Shown one piece after another: positions 30,749 through 46,190 of a stretch of 64,000 bases of DNA. This DNA is from Eledone cirrhosa (taxonomy: Eukaryota). The position numbers and the translations under genes are program-made. Numbering within the stretch: position 1 is the stretch's first letter; each line of letters starts with the position of its first letter. Below the pieces are notes generated by a model, which saw nothing but the letters and a program-made list of their open reading frames with translations, did not search any database and was not told the DNA's origin. The stretch is taken from assembly GCA_964016885.1 (NCBI GenBank), contig OZ024740.1:401822001-401886000 (forward strand). Direction: 5' to 3'.

Positions 30749-33099
30749 TAGTTTGCTCCGAGTTAACACCTTCTGTGAATTATCTAAAGTATTAAATCTA
30801 TGGTTCATACTCTAATCAGACTTCTCAAAATCATCGGTTGCCCTTAACATTTGTTCCAGACATAGCCTCTTCTTATGCCACGAGCATAACCTCTGGAACA
30901 AGCAAGTGGCTGCTGAATTGTATAATTCATATGTAAGAAAGGAAGGGCTTAATAGTAAATGTCATCCTCATTAGCAAGGTCGCTAGAGTATCAGACAAAA
31001 GAACCTGTATTATTTGCCCCGGCCCGTGAATTCAAATCCCGCCAAACTGAAGTTAGAATTCCCTCCTTAAGATTTCGATAGATTAAGTTGGAGTTCAGGC
31101 CCTTTGATTAGCAGTGTTGTTAAAGCATTGTACAAGATTGTTTCCGCTCTTTACGTTTTGACTGATCGGACATATTCGGCAAACTTGCTTGTATCTAGCC
31201 GAGAAAAATGTGGGGAATTTTTGTTTATAGTTAATGCTCTGGGTATTATGCTATGAAAACTCCAAAATAAACATATTATTTGTCAAGGAAGTCATCAAGT
31301 GTGTTTCAGATGTGAATACTAATTATCGTTTAAAACACACTGAATAGACGTTAACGGGATGATGTTGTGGATCACACATCAACTTCTGTTTAGCCAATAA
31401 GTGATCATAGATTCTTTCGTTTCTCAGTCGAAGTTATTTAATTCCATACAGTCAATTAATTGACATTCCAGAACTCACGCATGCCAGAGTATTTTATCTC
31501 GCGTTCCCTCTAAATCTGTGATTTCCATCTATATTGATTTAAATTTCGATTGTTAAAATTTCATCTGCAATATTTTACTTATAGTCAAGGTAAGGGAGAC
31601 TACCCTTAATACTGTTATCATACACCTAATAAACTCTATCTTCAATAAACTTGTCAGATCATTAAGCAATATAATTACTATAGATTAATATAACATAAAT
31701 ATCTTCATTTCTTTTAATTGCTACACCAAATAATGTACAACATACATACACACTGTGGCATGTAATTCAAGTATACAGTAAGATTACACAAATTTAAACA
31801 CATGAATGTAGTTCGCTATCATAGAATGATAAATAAGTTTTTCGAAAAACTCATCTCTCGAGAGGCCTCTGTTAGTGTACGGTATTACGCTTGATACGAG
31901 ATACCATAAGACAAGACATTAAAGACATTAAATAAAATAATAAAGAAAGTAAATTCACATCAGCAATATTAAAGATAAGATGAAATTCTAATAACACCAT
32001 CTCCCTGTAAATACAGAATTTGTTAATTATTCCACGAATTCTGTAAGCAGAATGTAAGGAGAAAGCAGAGTTATCAACGTAATAAAGTATGTCTATATCA
32101 AACGGTCATTAATAAAGATAACATTCCATCAGACAATAATAATTTATTCTATTTACTAAGTTTTTGATTTATGCATATGTTTATGATATATTATTTTTAG
32201 AAACAAACAAGGCTAGAACATCCGAGACAACGAGAGAAATGTTCATACATACATAGATATATACATATACACATGCATACGTGCGCGCGCGCGCACACAC
32301 CCACACCCACACAAACACACCCGCGCAGACACACGCACACATACACACGTGTGTGTGTGCATGAGTGTGTGAGTGTTATACGATATAATCGGGATTGAGA
32401 ATTATATTACATACACACAAATGCAAACACACACACACACACACACACATATGGATAAATAAATATATATATATATATACGTAAGCACACATTTGTGTAT
32501 GTAAGTATATATTTATGTATGTATCGATCGGTTGAGAGATAAATACAAATATAAAAGTTTACGTTAAATAGATGCGAAATGAAATTCTGTTTATATACTC
32601 TTACATAATTGTATGCAGGAGTGTCGCTATCTCTTATAACAGAACACTGGTGGCCGATGTTATGTGTCGTGTCATGTACGATAGTTATGTTTGATTTATT
32701 TGTTCAAATGGTCTAGGCAAGCAAATTTACCATTCAATTCGAAAGTTTTCACCAAGACAGACTGCTGTGCTTGACGTCAACATCTGCAATTTTTGTCTTT
32801 TATTTTATTCACACTGTCTCATTTTCTTAAATCATTTGATGCAGTAGCATTCCAATCTATATCAGATATCATACAAAGATCTATTGACATAAAGGAAATA
32901 TATTTTATTTCAAATCGTTTGGGAATATAATAGTTAAGTTTAAGAAATATATAGTAACCTGCCATATGGATGAACACACGCACACACACCTTTACTTAGA
33001 CAACATACATGTTCACATAGAGAAATCGCACTTACAAAGATACAGTAATTCTTATAACATAGGTTTATATACATGTATTCATTTATTCATTTATATGCG

Positions 33100-33145
<46 letters not shown>

Positions 33146-33150
<5 letters not shown>

Positions 33151-33565
33151 GGTGGTCCAAAAAGGTGTATCCATTTTTGATAAAGTAGCATTTTCTATTG
33201 AAAGGAAAACTTTACAATTTTTTTTCATAGACCTGTCTTACAGACATGTAAGTTTTGAGTGGTGTAAGTTTTTTCCTCGCATACCACCATTTTGCGAGCA
33301 CACTTCAATAGTTTATAATGTGCTCGATCCAAGCTCCTTGGCGCTGAATCAGTGTGGCTACTCGCACATTGAAGTTTGTGATGTGGTGTGATTTTCTGTC
33401 CTGACTGACCGTGGCCGGCCACTGCGATCTATAATGTTATACTGTACACTTCCCTTCTCCCTGAATTTGTCCAGCAGGCGCTTTATTGTGAGTCTGGTTG
33501 GAGCGTTTCTCCCTGGAAAGTCCCTCCGAAATTGTCGCTGAGTTTGGACAAACAGCATATTGGTT
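33146..33565 (-). mobile_element. Internally deleted Tc1/mariner transposon remnant
   Basis: TA-CAGGGTGGTCC terminal repeat in (TA)n. Minus-strand FVQTQRQFRRDFPGRNAPTRLTIKRLLDKFREKGSV..RSGRPRSVRTEN (HTH plus GRPR) is joined to a C-terminal C..NGG fragment. Confidence 0.8.
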
Positions 33566-33679
33566 TATGTATTAGTGTGTTTTGTTGGACATGCTAAATG
33601 AGTTTTCATTCAGCTATTACAAAGATATTATGCCCTCTGGTAAAGAACTGTGCCAGTGAAGTGAGTAGCAAATATATTA

Positions 33680-34040
33680 AATGTTCTACATTTGGCACAA
33701 GGCCAAGAATTTGGGACAAGTCGATTAATTCGACCCCAGTGCTTTATTGGTGCTTTATTTTATCGACCCCGTAAGGATGAAAGGCAAAGTTAACCTCGGC
33801 GGGATTTGAACTGAGAACGTAGAGACGAAGCTATATAATGTTACATACCGCTAAACATATTGTTCGACACTCTTCCGATAGTACCGAACCACCGCCCAAA
33901 TAATAATTGTTTCTACTTTAGGCAGAAGGCCAGGAATTTGAAAGTTGATTAAATTAACCCCAGTGTATTACAGGTGCTTTATTTTATCGACCTCGTAAGG
34001 ATGAAAGGCAAAGCTAACCTCGGTGGGATTTGAACTCAGA
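33680..34040 (-). mobile_element. Two tandem SINE copies
   Basis: Family body at 33680-33898 and 33904-34040. Confidence 0.8.
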
Positions 34041-34414
34041 CCGATAGTGTCCAATAGTGTCCAAAATTATAATAATGATATAAAGTATCATTAACCTGGT
34101 GTCAACTTAATCAACATCCCACAGCCACCAAAAAACAGTTGCCTGACGCCTAAATTGGAAATCATTACTATTATTGTGGTTGTTTTTGTTGTCGTTGCTA
34201 CTGTTGTTGCTGCCGGTGTTTTGTTTATGGTGATGGTTAGGTTTCTCTTATGCATATATTTACACATTTATTCATAAAACTTTGGGAAATGGAAAGTTGT
34301 TGCAAATGTGTAAATTTCTCTATATTTCTCATACGTATGTGTGTTTGAGTGTGTGCATATGTCTGTGCGTGTGTGAGTGTGTGTATGTACCTGAGTAGCT
34401 ATACTCGTATACAC

Positions 34415-34498
<84 letters not shown>

Positions 34499-35556
34499 TT
34501 AGACGTTTATTGAGGCTGTATGTGCATATTGTGTTCAGCATATTTAGGATGCTCATGGCAGTCTTTGTAATTTATGGAAGCATGTATAACACCCGGAAGC
34601 GATCATGTGACTTTTCCTTCGAGAGCCAGAAAGAAGCAGGAATATAATAAATGTTTAAATACACCAGGGTAATTTTTTTCCATTGTTAGCACATGGAAAC
34701 TTATTCTTCATGACATCTATTTTAATATAAGATTAGATTTAATTTAGGAAGACTATTGTTTTCTATTTGTAGTAAAATATTAATTACTTAATCTTTAGTT
34801 ATGTAGAGAAAGGCAGTTCTCACGAATCCTTACATGTTCTTGGCTTTCGTGATGGTTAGGATGAATAGAGGGCGTTTTCAGCTGCAGACATTGCCTTCAA
34901 TCACCATCAACGTTGTAAACGGTTATATTGATATATGGTAACTTGTTATTTTGGCTTTATTTACCGTACATGTATTAGTTATTACCTTATTTAATAATAC
35001 ATGACTCTATATTTTACGACTTTGTCCTATTTATCCAAGTCCAATTGGAACTAGTTGCGTAAATGATGTGCCATGAATTCAACGGAAGTAGCATTAGTGT
35101 CTCTAGATCCAAAATTACCGATATTCTATAGAACTCGACTTTCTAAAAGAGCAATAATACTAATAGTATAACTATAGTGTAATAAATTATAGTTTAATTA
35201 TGCTAATAATGATTGTAAGAAAAAAAAAAAAAAGATATTATATACTAACAAATGATTGACGCTGATAAATTCTTCATCCTTGTATATGTGTATATGTATA
35301 TGTGTATATGTATATGTGTATATGTATATGTATAGGTCCTATTTGTGAGTATGCACACATACACAGTTGGGTATGTTTATCTAATGTTATGTATGTATGC
35401 TTGTATGAGTGTGTTGGTGCGTATTTTATTTGAATTTTTTTCTCTTTGAAGCTCGAATGCTTTTGAATCAACATGGCGATTGAATATTTTGATTCCTTTT
35501 AAATTACTAAGGAAGAAAAAAATCAATTAAAAATATAAAATAAAATGATATGAAAA

Positions 35557-35676
<120 letters not shown>

Positions 35677-36158
35677 GAACAAACAGAATAGAAGTCTGTT
35701 TTAACACCAATAACAACAGGAACTTTTAAAAAAGGGAAAACACAGCCCCAGAACAAAGCCAATTGTTTATTCATTTAACGAAGTTTATTCCTTATATTTT
35801 GTTACTTGTTTTTGGTATAAATATAAATATTTATATTTTAATTATTTTTTTAAAACCTTTCATATTTATTTTTGTTTTCACTTTTTCTCAAAATCATTTG
35901 CGTATATCAGTTAGTATGAGGGTTTGGTGTTTGGATGATGTACGCTGATGTATTAGTGTATGTTTATATTTTGTGTGTGTCCGTGTAATGTAAATTGTGT
36001 GGCAGTTTGATTAACATGAATAATATGGGGAAAGGCATAATGTCTATATGTGTAATATACGTGTTTTAGGTTAAGAGTGTGTTTTTAATGTAGTGATTAA
36101 ACGCAATATGTATGTATGTATGTATCTATCAATCTATATATGAATCTATTTATTTATC

Positions 36159-36243
<85 letters not shown>

Positions 36244-36244
36244 G

Positions 36245-36779
36245 TATAAATAAATAAATTAATTAATACATACACAAGCACAATAACAACAAACACATAT
36301 AAACACACACTAGTAAAGATAGAATACATTAACCAATACACAGTCTCCCAATCACGAACATACATCAAACAAAACACTATACACACACGCAAACGCATGC
36401 GCAAAGAAGACAAAATAAAATAAATAAATATATGAACAGACTAAATAAAGATGGCGTAGAAAATACAATGCAAGGGGAGGAAACAATAGCACCACTGACG
36501 ATATTGCAGATGTGCAACGAAAGAATTTTTGATAAACTATATATATGTGTTTGTGTCTATATTGTATCTGTATTTTTGGCCGTTGGTCAGTCAATGGCAA
36601 CATTGAGGACCGAATAAATTAGATTACCGATATAAAGGACACAGAAGCGAAAAGCGAAAACCAACCAAACAGTGAGTGTGTTCTGTTATTAATTCTGGCA
36701 ATATTACACAAATATGACCCTCCCCAAGTATAACAATATTTGTTTCGACACACGATTTCATATCAAAAACCTTGCAAAA

Positions 36780-36784
<5 letters not shown>
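36245..36784 (+). mobile_element. Family O dispersed repeat copy 2, ending with an inverted copy of the family's left end
   Basis: Matches 26980-27491. 36746-36784 is the reverse complement of about 26869-26908. Confidence 0.85.
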
Positions 36785-36841
<57 letters not shown>

Positions 36842-37742
36842 CACGTACATATATATTCATATATATATTTATGTATATATGTATGTGTGTATACACCCAT
36901 ATAGATATGAATAAAAATGTATGTGTTCATGCGTTAGTACATGTGTGTATGCGTGTGATTCAATGTAATGTCTGCAATGTACTCATATGTGTAATATTTG
37001 TAACGTGTACACGTCGTTTATGTTGTGGTTTAAAGTTACTATCGATCTAGCAAGTCAATGTGAAATTGTCGTTAAGGAATAATATTAGCGCCAAATTAAT
37101 TTTCTTTTGAGAAACCGAAAAATAAACAGATTCACACAAACAACAAAACATATATATATATTAAAAAGATGACAAAAAGTAAACAAGAAAACATCAGCAA
37201 AATCAACAACTACAGGACACATAAATACAATAAATCATTAAAAGATGGAAATAATTGTTTCTACTTTAAAAGATGAAAATAATAGAGAGAGATAAGAGAA
37301 CACAAACAATTACAAAGATTAGGAATAGAGGAGAAAACCGAGTGAAAATAAAACGGAGGAAAAATCTTTAATTTAAAAGTTATAGAAATTTTTTTATTGA
37401 CTTGTCAGAGAGCCTAGATTTGCACAGATGTGGTTATATTTAATTAGATGACTGCTATATATTACTGATACGTATTTCACGTTGCTCCAGTGGACTCAGC
37501 TGATAATGGTAACAGTAGTAGCTAGGAGTTAACCTTGTGATGGGATGGCGTCCTCTTCAGAAGGGAGTCATGTACACCTATTCCTTTAATAACGGGTGTG
37601 ATCACTAGACGTAGGTTAGAAAGTTAGGAAGGAGAGTATTAACAAGCGTTGGACGAAAGTGACACAGTTACTGGGAGAATTTTAATACGTAATTACTAAA
37701 TTAAATTACAGCCGTAATCAATTTTCTGTCTCGCCGTCAGTG

Positions 37743-37803
<61 letters not shown>

Positions 37804-37984
37804 ATATATATTTATTTATATATATTTATATATATATATACGTATATATATAAATATATAAATAAATATATATATATCACATTGATCACCTTGACCGACC
37901 AATCTGGTCACAGCACGTGCTGTTTTACCCATACGATGATGCCATCCCACTGGCTGGGCGGGCCGTAAGTCTGTCTTAAGCCAG

Positions 37985-38224
37985 AAAGCTCATTTATCCC
38001 GGTTTCATGTCGTGAAGCGACTGAGAGTACAAGACTCCCCCCTGGACAGGACGCCAGTCCATCGCAGGGTTAAACTTCCAGCTATTCCTGGTACTCATTT
38101 TCAGCTGAGTAAACTGGAGCAACGTGAAATAAAGTATCTTGCTCAAGGAAACAACACATCACCCAGTCCGAGAATTGAACTCACAACCTTTCGATTGCAA
38201 GCCTACTGCTCTAACCACTAAGCT
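37985..38224 (-). mobile_element. Second tRNA-SINE family (CORE-like body, V-SINE-like cctgcgatggactggcgtcctgtccaggg segment); fragment at ~37470-37570 (+)
   Basis: Minus strand tagtggttagagc (A box), gagttcaattc (B box), ccttgagcaagatactt..ctcagctgaaaatgagtacc. Confidence 0.75.
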
Positions 38225-38251
38225 ATATATATATATTCACACATATATATA

Positions 38252-38284
<33 letters not shown>

Positions 38285-38427
38285 TTTATATATATATATA
38301 TAATATATATATATATATAATATATAATATATATATATATATATAATATATATATATATAATATATATTATATATATATAATATATAATATATATTATAT
38401 ATATATATTATATATATATATTATATA

Positions 38428-38473
<46 letters not shown>

Positions 38474-38528
38474 TTATATATATATAATATATAATATATA
38501 TATATATAATATATATTATATATATATA

Positions 38529-38580
<52 letters not shown>

Positions 38581-39698
38581 TCATCTGACGAAGAACCCTG
38601 CCTAAATCACCTAATATTCCAAACAATTACAGCAAACTAACTTACTTTATTTTGTGAAAAGCGGGGTTCTCTAGGATTCTACTCTTTCACTTTTGTGAAT
38701 GCAAAGCCTGCATACTGATTAGTACTATTTCAGTCTATTCCTAAACATTTTCACAAAATAAAAATGATTTTACAGGCAAAACATTATATTGTTGCCTGAG
38801 TGAACACAAATACATTACTGGTACTTGTTATATCAATCCGGCATGAAAGAAATATAAAATCGTTTCCAGCGTGACCCGAAGAAAAACGTATGAGTGTAAC
38901 AGTGTACAGATGCGTAAGTAGGTACGCGTGCGCGTAGTGCTTATGGACTTAGTCATGGCAAACAAGATTAAGATGATTGCTTTCCAAGTAAGGGGTCATG
39001 ACACTGACCACAGTATGTGGCACCTTGGACTAATGAAATACAAATAATTTTACACTATAATACAATGTGTACATTGGACAACTGAAAGACTGTCAACGAT
39101 GAAACCAACACAAATTTCTTCACAATATTTATGTATGTTCGAGTATTTTTACTAAGTATGTTTATAGATGGTATACGATATGAATCTTCAGTTCATATCA
39201 TATACCACTAGTGTATTATTGTGTCAATGGTCAAGACATTTCACACTTATTGGTTGGATCAATTTAGCTCTCAATATATCCTGGACTACCATATCATTTG
39301 TTGCTGTCAGTAACAGACGTGCCGTATAATTGATAGCACAACTTCTTCATGTACAGAACTGAGTTTTATTTCTAGTGGGAGGGTAGCTAATTTTGATAAT
39401 CCAGCGTCTTATCTAGTGGAAAAACTTTTTTTATTTACCTAAATACAACTATAGAGTAGTTTTTCTGGTTTAGTAAAAAGAAATACGTACCACTCGAGCG
39501 ATTTGTCTGTCGGTTTCTAGAAGTGGTAACATAGGCTGGCTATAAGGAAATAGTAACATTCAATAGAAAATATGATTAATTTCAATTAAATGGGAATTTT
39601 AATTACTACCAGATTGACATGTTAGAAGTAAAAAGAAAAGGAGAGAGGTGGGGAAATATGTATGTATGTGCGTATGTATGCATGTATGTATGTATCTA

Positions 39699-39756
<58 letters not shown>

Positions 39757-41205
39757 TATGTTTATGTGTTTCTATAAATATACATAATGCACATGTTTTC
39801 ACATGCATACACACACCTGCATACATAGATATTATCAGAGATGAGAGTGTATTTGTAATAAGAGGTGAAGATATACATTTAGTGTAAAAGTGATCGATTC
39901 AGTAAACAAACGAAATCATAGCTGAGTCATGATTAGTGTAAAATTGATAGGAAGCGAGGGAGTTAATAAACGCGGGAATAAGCAAACCTTTTGAGAACAT
40001 GATCAAGAACAAGTAAAAGAGAGCAATAGAAAGAAAGATGGAGAGAAAGAGTGTTATAGATACATAGGTGGGAAGGAGAGGAACGGAAAGTAGAGACCTT
40101 AGCTTGTTGGATGACAGATTTCTCTTTACATGTATGTGTGTTGATAGAACATTTCTGACTCAACAACAAACCGCACCCGCCCCTTTGTAATGGGATTTAA
40201 GCTGTACGAATAAAGATTGTTACTAAATAAATGTAATTCCTGCTGTCCGGCCTGTTAAGCGAGAACGAACGAAGAGCAGCATGCCTGGTATATTGGTCGA
40301 TTGATCGAACTCTATCTTACAGGGTTTCCTCACACGACTCACGGGTTAACAGTTTGACCTAGAAACTGGCGGCTGTCCAAGATAAAGCTATCAACGATTG
40401 GCTCAATGAAATCAGCTGTTTAGAAAGGTGATACTTTTTCGCCAGTCGGTAAAACTGTGGAGAATTCTTACTTTTCTAATCTGTCTAAAAAGAAATGGAA
40501 AATGGTAATTTCTTTGCTAGTTGTAGTTCTGGTGTGCTATCCAGCTCAGGTTCCCGTAAACGATGAAGGAGGAAGCAGCGTAGATGTTAAATGATATCAT
40601 AAAAATATAAAATATAAAATAAATAGTTGATAGTCTCAGAATGAGTTTAGCAAGTTACACATTTGTCTAAATCGATATGTCTATAGTGCGAAAAGTAACA
40701 AAATGTCGTGAATAGATATATCGAACTTGCTATTGATATAGTGAGGGTTTTAGAATTCGTCTGTCGACTCTATATATGTTAACTTCTATTTCGTATATTA
40801 GTAATAGATATAATAAAAGATTTTGTGAGATGTATGCTGATGTTGATAGTGGAGATAATTATCGAGCTCCTTCGTAGTGATATGTGATTGTTTGTCTGAT
40901 GAACCACCGTTAGTAGGATCGATTCGATGTTGTGACAAAAACACAATGTACAGACAAACGGCTGTCTGACAACTAGAGAGAAGAGGAGTTTTAAATAAAA
41001 CCAATGTTGATTCAATCACAAATATTACCTCCACTGTCTCTTCCGTTTAAAACCAAGTAAATTATTAAAGATAGATTAATAGATTTCTAAAAGAACATAT
41101 TATTACTTACCTATTGTACATATAGAGAAATAGGTGCGTATATATTTAAAGCTTATCCACAAATATTATTCTCATAGATACTTCAAAATAATATTAAGGA
41201 ATACT

Positions 41206-41252
<47 letters not shown>

Positions 41253-41311
41253 TATGAATGTATATATATATATATGTATGTATATAATATATCTGTATAT
41301 ATATCTGTATA

Positions 41312-41362
<51 letters not shown>

Positions 41363-41367
<5 letters not shown>

Positions 41368-41547
41368 AACAAGTATGACCCCGACGGCAGAGCTCAAGCG
41401 GTTTCGACGGCTAATTCAATTAGCCGTCGAAACGGCTTGAGGGCTGCCGTCGGGGTCATACTTGTTACTATAAACCACTCTACTACCCTAAGTATTGAGT
41501 ACTTTGGTGCGTTATGGTCCATCTAGTTCCTTACCACATTTCCTTCG

Positions 41548-41549
<2 letters not shown>
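41363..41549 (+). mobile_element. Fold-back element, family D copy 1 (centre 41417, tail 41472-41549)
   Basis: About 54-bp GC-rich inverted arms. The tail has ACTC (41477) and GAGTACTT (41497). (TA)n on both sides. Confidence 0.9.
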
Positions 41550-41606
<57 letters not shown>

Positions 41607-42359
41607 AAGAATAAAACACACACACATAAAAGGAAAATGTAGGTATAAGAGAGGGACCGATCAATATAATCCGGTAAAATATAAAGAATATTAAGCAAAC
41701 ACTACATACAAATAAACAAAATAAATAATATCTTGACAAACCTCCGACAATTGTTGCAAGAAATTATGTCAGTCAGCAACTAGAAAGCGAATAATTGACT
41801 TTGCTGCAATTAAACATCACTTCAAAAATTTACTGTTAATTATTTATTTACACACGCATCATTTCATACAACATAAAAACTATATATATATATATATATA
41901 TTATCAAGAAAACGAAAAAATCAGTGATGCATCTGGACTTTACCACTATACACACACACACACACACACAAACATATATATATATATATATATAGTAGAA
42001 TATATATATATAAATAAAGGATTCCCGGTTTTCTTCATCCTCTCATAATTTTTATACATCAATGAAAATGATAAGTGTTTAATAAGTTAATGCTAGAAAA
42101 GCAAATTTACAAGGGCTGCAAGCACATTATTAAATAATAATTAATCAATGGGACACGGTGCTGAGAAATGCCACAGGAAGCCAATACCTCTTTGAACTAT
42201 ACCACAGAGTTTGGCATAAAACTTTTGAATGGATTAATAATTTATGTTTCTTATGTGTGCGTATGAGAGACTATCTTTTGCAATACTGCTGCTAAGAAAT
42301 ATTCAACACAAACCCAAACATATGTCCAAACTCGCTCTCATATGGTTGCATATACCTAC

Positions 42360-42392
<33 letters not shown>

Positions 42393-42396
42393 AATA

Positions 42397-42504
42397 TGAA
42401 TTTGTTTTGCAGGTTTTTTTTATATGAAATAGGGTGTTGAAACAAATATTGTCATATTGTTATTTCTGGCAATATTATAACAATATGACCCTCCCCAAAT
42501 ATAA

Positions 42505-42542
<38 letters not shown>

Positions 42543-42580
42543 TTATATTTGGGGAGGGTCATATTGTTATAATATTGCCA
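42397..42580. mobile_element. Family O termini: left end plus two right ends inverted around (TA)n
   Basis: tggcaatattataacaatatgaccctccccaaatataacac (42467-42507), then (TA)n, then its exact reverse complement (42540-42580). Confidence 0.85.
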
Positions 42581-42602
42581 TACATACATACATACATACA
42601 TA

Positions 42603-42778
42603 TTGCCAGTATCGGCAGAGGGTCGGACATACTTTCCAGCGTAGTTACGTCCCTTTACGATCTGAGTTCAAATCTCGCCAAGGTTAACTTTGCCTTTCAT
42701 CCTTACGGGGTCGATAAAATAAAGTACCAGTAATATACTGGGTAATTGCTGGCCTTGTGCCAAAAGTAGAAACCATTA
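42603..42778 (+). mobile_element. tRNA-derived SINE
   Basis: Same family, B-box gagttcaaatc. Confidence 0.85.
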
Positions 42779-43677
42779 TACCCCCCCCCCCCCCACATAT
42801 ATATATATATATGTGTGTGTGGATATGTATAATTATATATATATGTGTGTATTGATATATGTACATATATATATGTGTGCATGAACATACATTTTATTTC
42901 TTGAAAGCTGTGTCTAATGCTGCTTTGTTACCGTAATGGATCAAATAAAAGCACGTTTGTTGTCCTCGTCCGTGGTAGTAAGGATGCAAACGATGATGAT
43001 AATGTGACTGATACTGCTGACGATGATAATATGGAGAGGAAAATGGGATTCATGATGTTGTGTTCATTATATATATATAATGCATTGTGGCTGGTTTGTA
43101 CAAAGAACTTACTAGATCTACAGATCCAGGATGATGATAACTATGATGTTCGTGAGGCCAATAATGGTGGATGTGTGGAAGCTATAATGGTTGATGTCTT
43201 CATTAACTATATTTCACTTCACAATCTGAACAATCGCTTGCTCATTCTTAAACGTCTAACCAGAAACCAAGCTTTGGAAATTTTTGCCCGTTAACGAAAG
43301 AGTGTATTAGCGGAGGTTGTTGTTGACTCTCCACATTCTTAACCAAGGAGATTGCAGCAGCTGCAACATTCAGTAAATCTATGTAATATTTGTTAATTAG
43401 GGTTTGTGGTGTTTCTGTATTGATGCCCATGGTTTTACTATTATTAATGTTGTTTTATTTCACTTTGTTATTGTTGCTGGCCTTAAAAAAATAACAACAA
43501 CGTGGTAGTGTATTCAGAAGATAAAAAAAAAGGGGAAAACGGATGAATATAAGGTGTTTGACAGGACAGGATAGAAGATTGATTAGTCGAAAAGATAAAG
43601 GACAGAAAAAACAGTTGCTCTAAATATATAAAGTAAAATAAGTAATTGAACAAAAGAGATTGATATATACATACAAG

Positions 43678-43721
<44 letters not shown>

Positions 43722-43827
43722 CATATATAATACATATATATATATACACACATATACACATATACACACTGTGCGTGCATCTATGTGCGTTCTTAAAAAT
43801 AGATAGATAGGTAGAGAGAGAGAGAGG

Positions 43828-43906
<79 letters not shown>

Positions 43907-45241
43907 TGAGAGAATGTCTGACTGACAAAGAGACAAACAAATGAACAGACCGGGATGTCAATTAATAATAAATTAAAAGAAAGACTGGAGGTACAAAAGG
44001 CAGATAATTGAAGAAAGAAACAGGAATGGATATACCAAGCGTCTGAGAATGGTAATAAACAGAAACCTGAAGGAAAAGATAAAACAGTATATACATATAT
44101 ATATGCTGTTTTATCTTTCATATATACATTTATATTTATATAGTGTGTGTGTATGTTTGAGTGAGTGTTGATTTTTATTATATACATATTTCCTTCCCTT
44201 TTCCTTTGTGTGTATATATATATATATATGCATTTGTGTATATATGTGTATGTGTTTCTCTGTATGTGTGTGTGTATATATATATATATGTGTGTGTGTC
44301 TGTGTGTGTCTGTGCGTGTGTGTGTGTGTGTGTGTGCTTGTGCGCGTGCTTGTGCGCGCCTGCATATGTGTTTGTGAATCTGTGATAGTGTAACTATAAA
44401 GTAGAAAATAAAAGACAAACACTGTAATAAGTAATTAGAAAAAGGTGATGGGTAAAATGGTAAACTAGAAGTGAGAGATATAAGTGAAGAATGAGCAAAC
44501 GTGCTTTACTCCAAGATTGGAATCAACTGATAAGACACCGTTCTGGTATGTTCCAGTGCCAAAAATAGAGGCGAATCAGAGACGAGAGAATGAAAGATAT
44601 GGAACAGGAGAGAAAAGGGAGAGATAGGAGATATATTTAATCTATATTATCAAACACGGATATTTAAACGGAAACCACCTCCTTTCTTTTCCATCTGGTT
44701 GTCTCTCTGTCTCCCTGTCTGTCTCTATTTTAATATTCCATCAGTATTCATTTTAAATCAGCACCATTCTTCATTTTCACAAATCTTACCTTTCAAAGCT
44801 CAGTGCGTCACTATTTCTTGCTTTATTTTTTACAGACCTATTTGTTTCAAATACTTTAGTTAATATGACTGAGAGGGACAATGCCCCTTAGATAATTTTG
44901 TTTCCCATATGTAGGTAATAAAGAAACTCTAGGTGAGCACTAGATTTGCGTTTGTTTAAATTCATTTTCTACAATTAAGAGGAAGCAAGAGAGCGGAAAC
45001 ATTCTTGAGGAAGGAATACGCGTAAAAAAGCAGGATTGGCAAAGATTGCTTAGATTAATTAATATACGAATACATCTTGTTCACAGAGCTTTTACGTGTA
45101 AGGATGATATATGCCCATTTCATCGGTAGTTCATGGAAGCAAGACGTTGTAGGAAAGGTAGAAGAGACGGACAGAACATTTCTTGCAGTTAATAGTGAAA
45201 TATCTTTTTACAGACCCTAAATTTACATGACCTTTTTCTGC

Positions 45242-45582
<341 letters not shown>

Positions 45583-45592
45583 ATACGTAGAG

Positions 45593-46190
45593 TCTTCTTC
45601 TTCTTCTTCTTCTTCTTCTTCTTCTCCTGAGAGGTTCGTGTGGGCAGAGACCTCAAACACTCCCTCTAGTAGATCCTTTCAAAAGCAACCGTTTCCTATT
45701 GATCCGGCTGGACCTCCAAGGCGAAACTAGCCGAGCTCATGGATGTTATTCAACCATCTTGCTCGGGGTCTACTCCTGGGTCTCTTTCCTGAGACATTCT
45801 AACCAGATTTCCATAGTAGCGACTCTGATCTCTCAATTCAGAGAAGTACCGACTAAACCTTTATCGACTCTCTAATCTCCAAGCTACGCGCTCAATCGAG
45901 TAACGTTACTTCAAAGACACTTTAGTGAAACCCCATTTCGATCGCTTGTATTCACGATCGTATTCTTTCTATCATTACTAAAGATTCATGATCATATTTA
46001 AGGGTTGTCACGAATACCGAATTGAAGATAGCGAGTTTGGCTTTTACACCTATATTCCTTTTCTGATTACCGAATGCTAAAGCTGGCGTATTACTGCACC
46101 ACCTCCTGCAATTCTTGCACATAAGTCAGCCTCCTGCCTTCCATAACTCGTGAACACGACCTCGAGATACTTCAACGTCTCCACCCATAA
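45593..46190 (-). mobile_element. RTE-clade (Expander/Rex3-like) LINE 3' fragment with (GAA)n tail
   Basis: Minus-strand VETLKYLEVVFTS.GRQEADL.ARI..KAKLAIFNSVF..YDHE..ERIRS.IQAIEMGF..GKRPRSRPRARW, with multiple stops. Confidence 0.8.

Noticed and set aside
42917-43294. 125-aa non-repetitive ORF
   Set aside because: Contains degenerate (GAT)n, with no recognisable domain or exon evidence.
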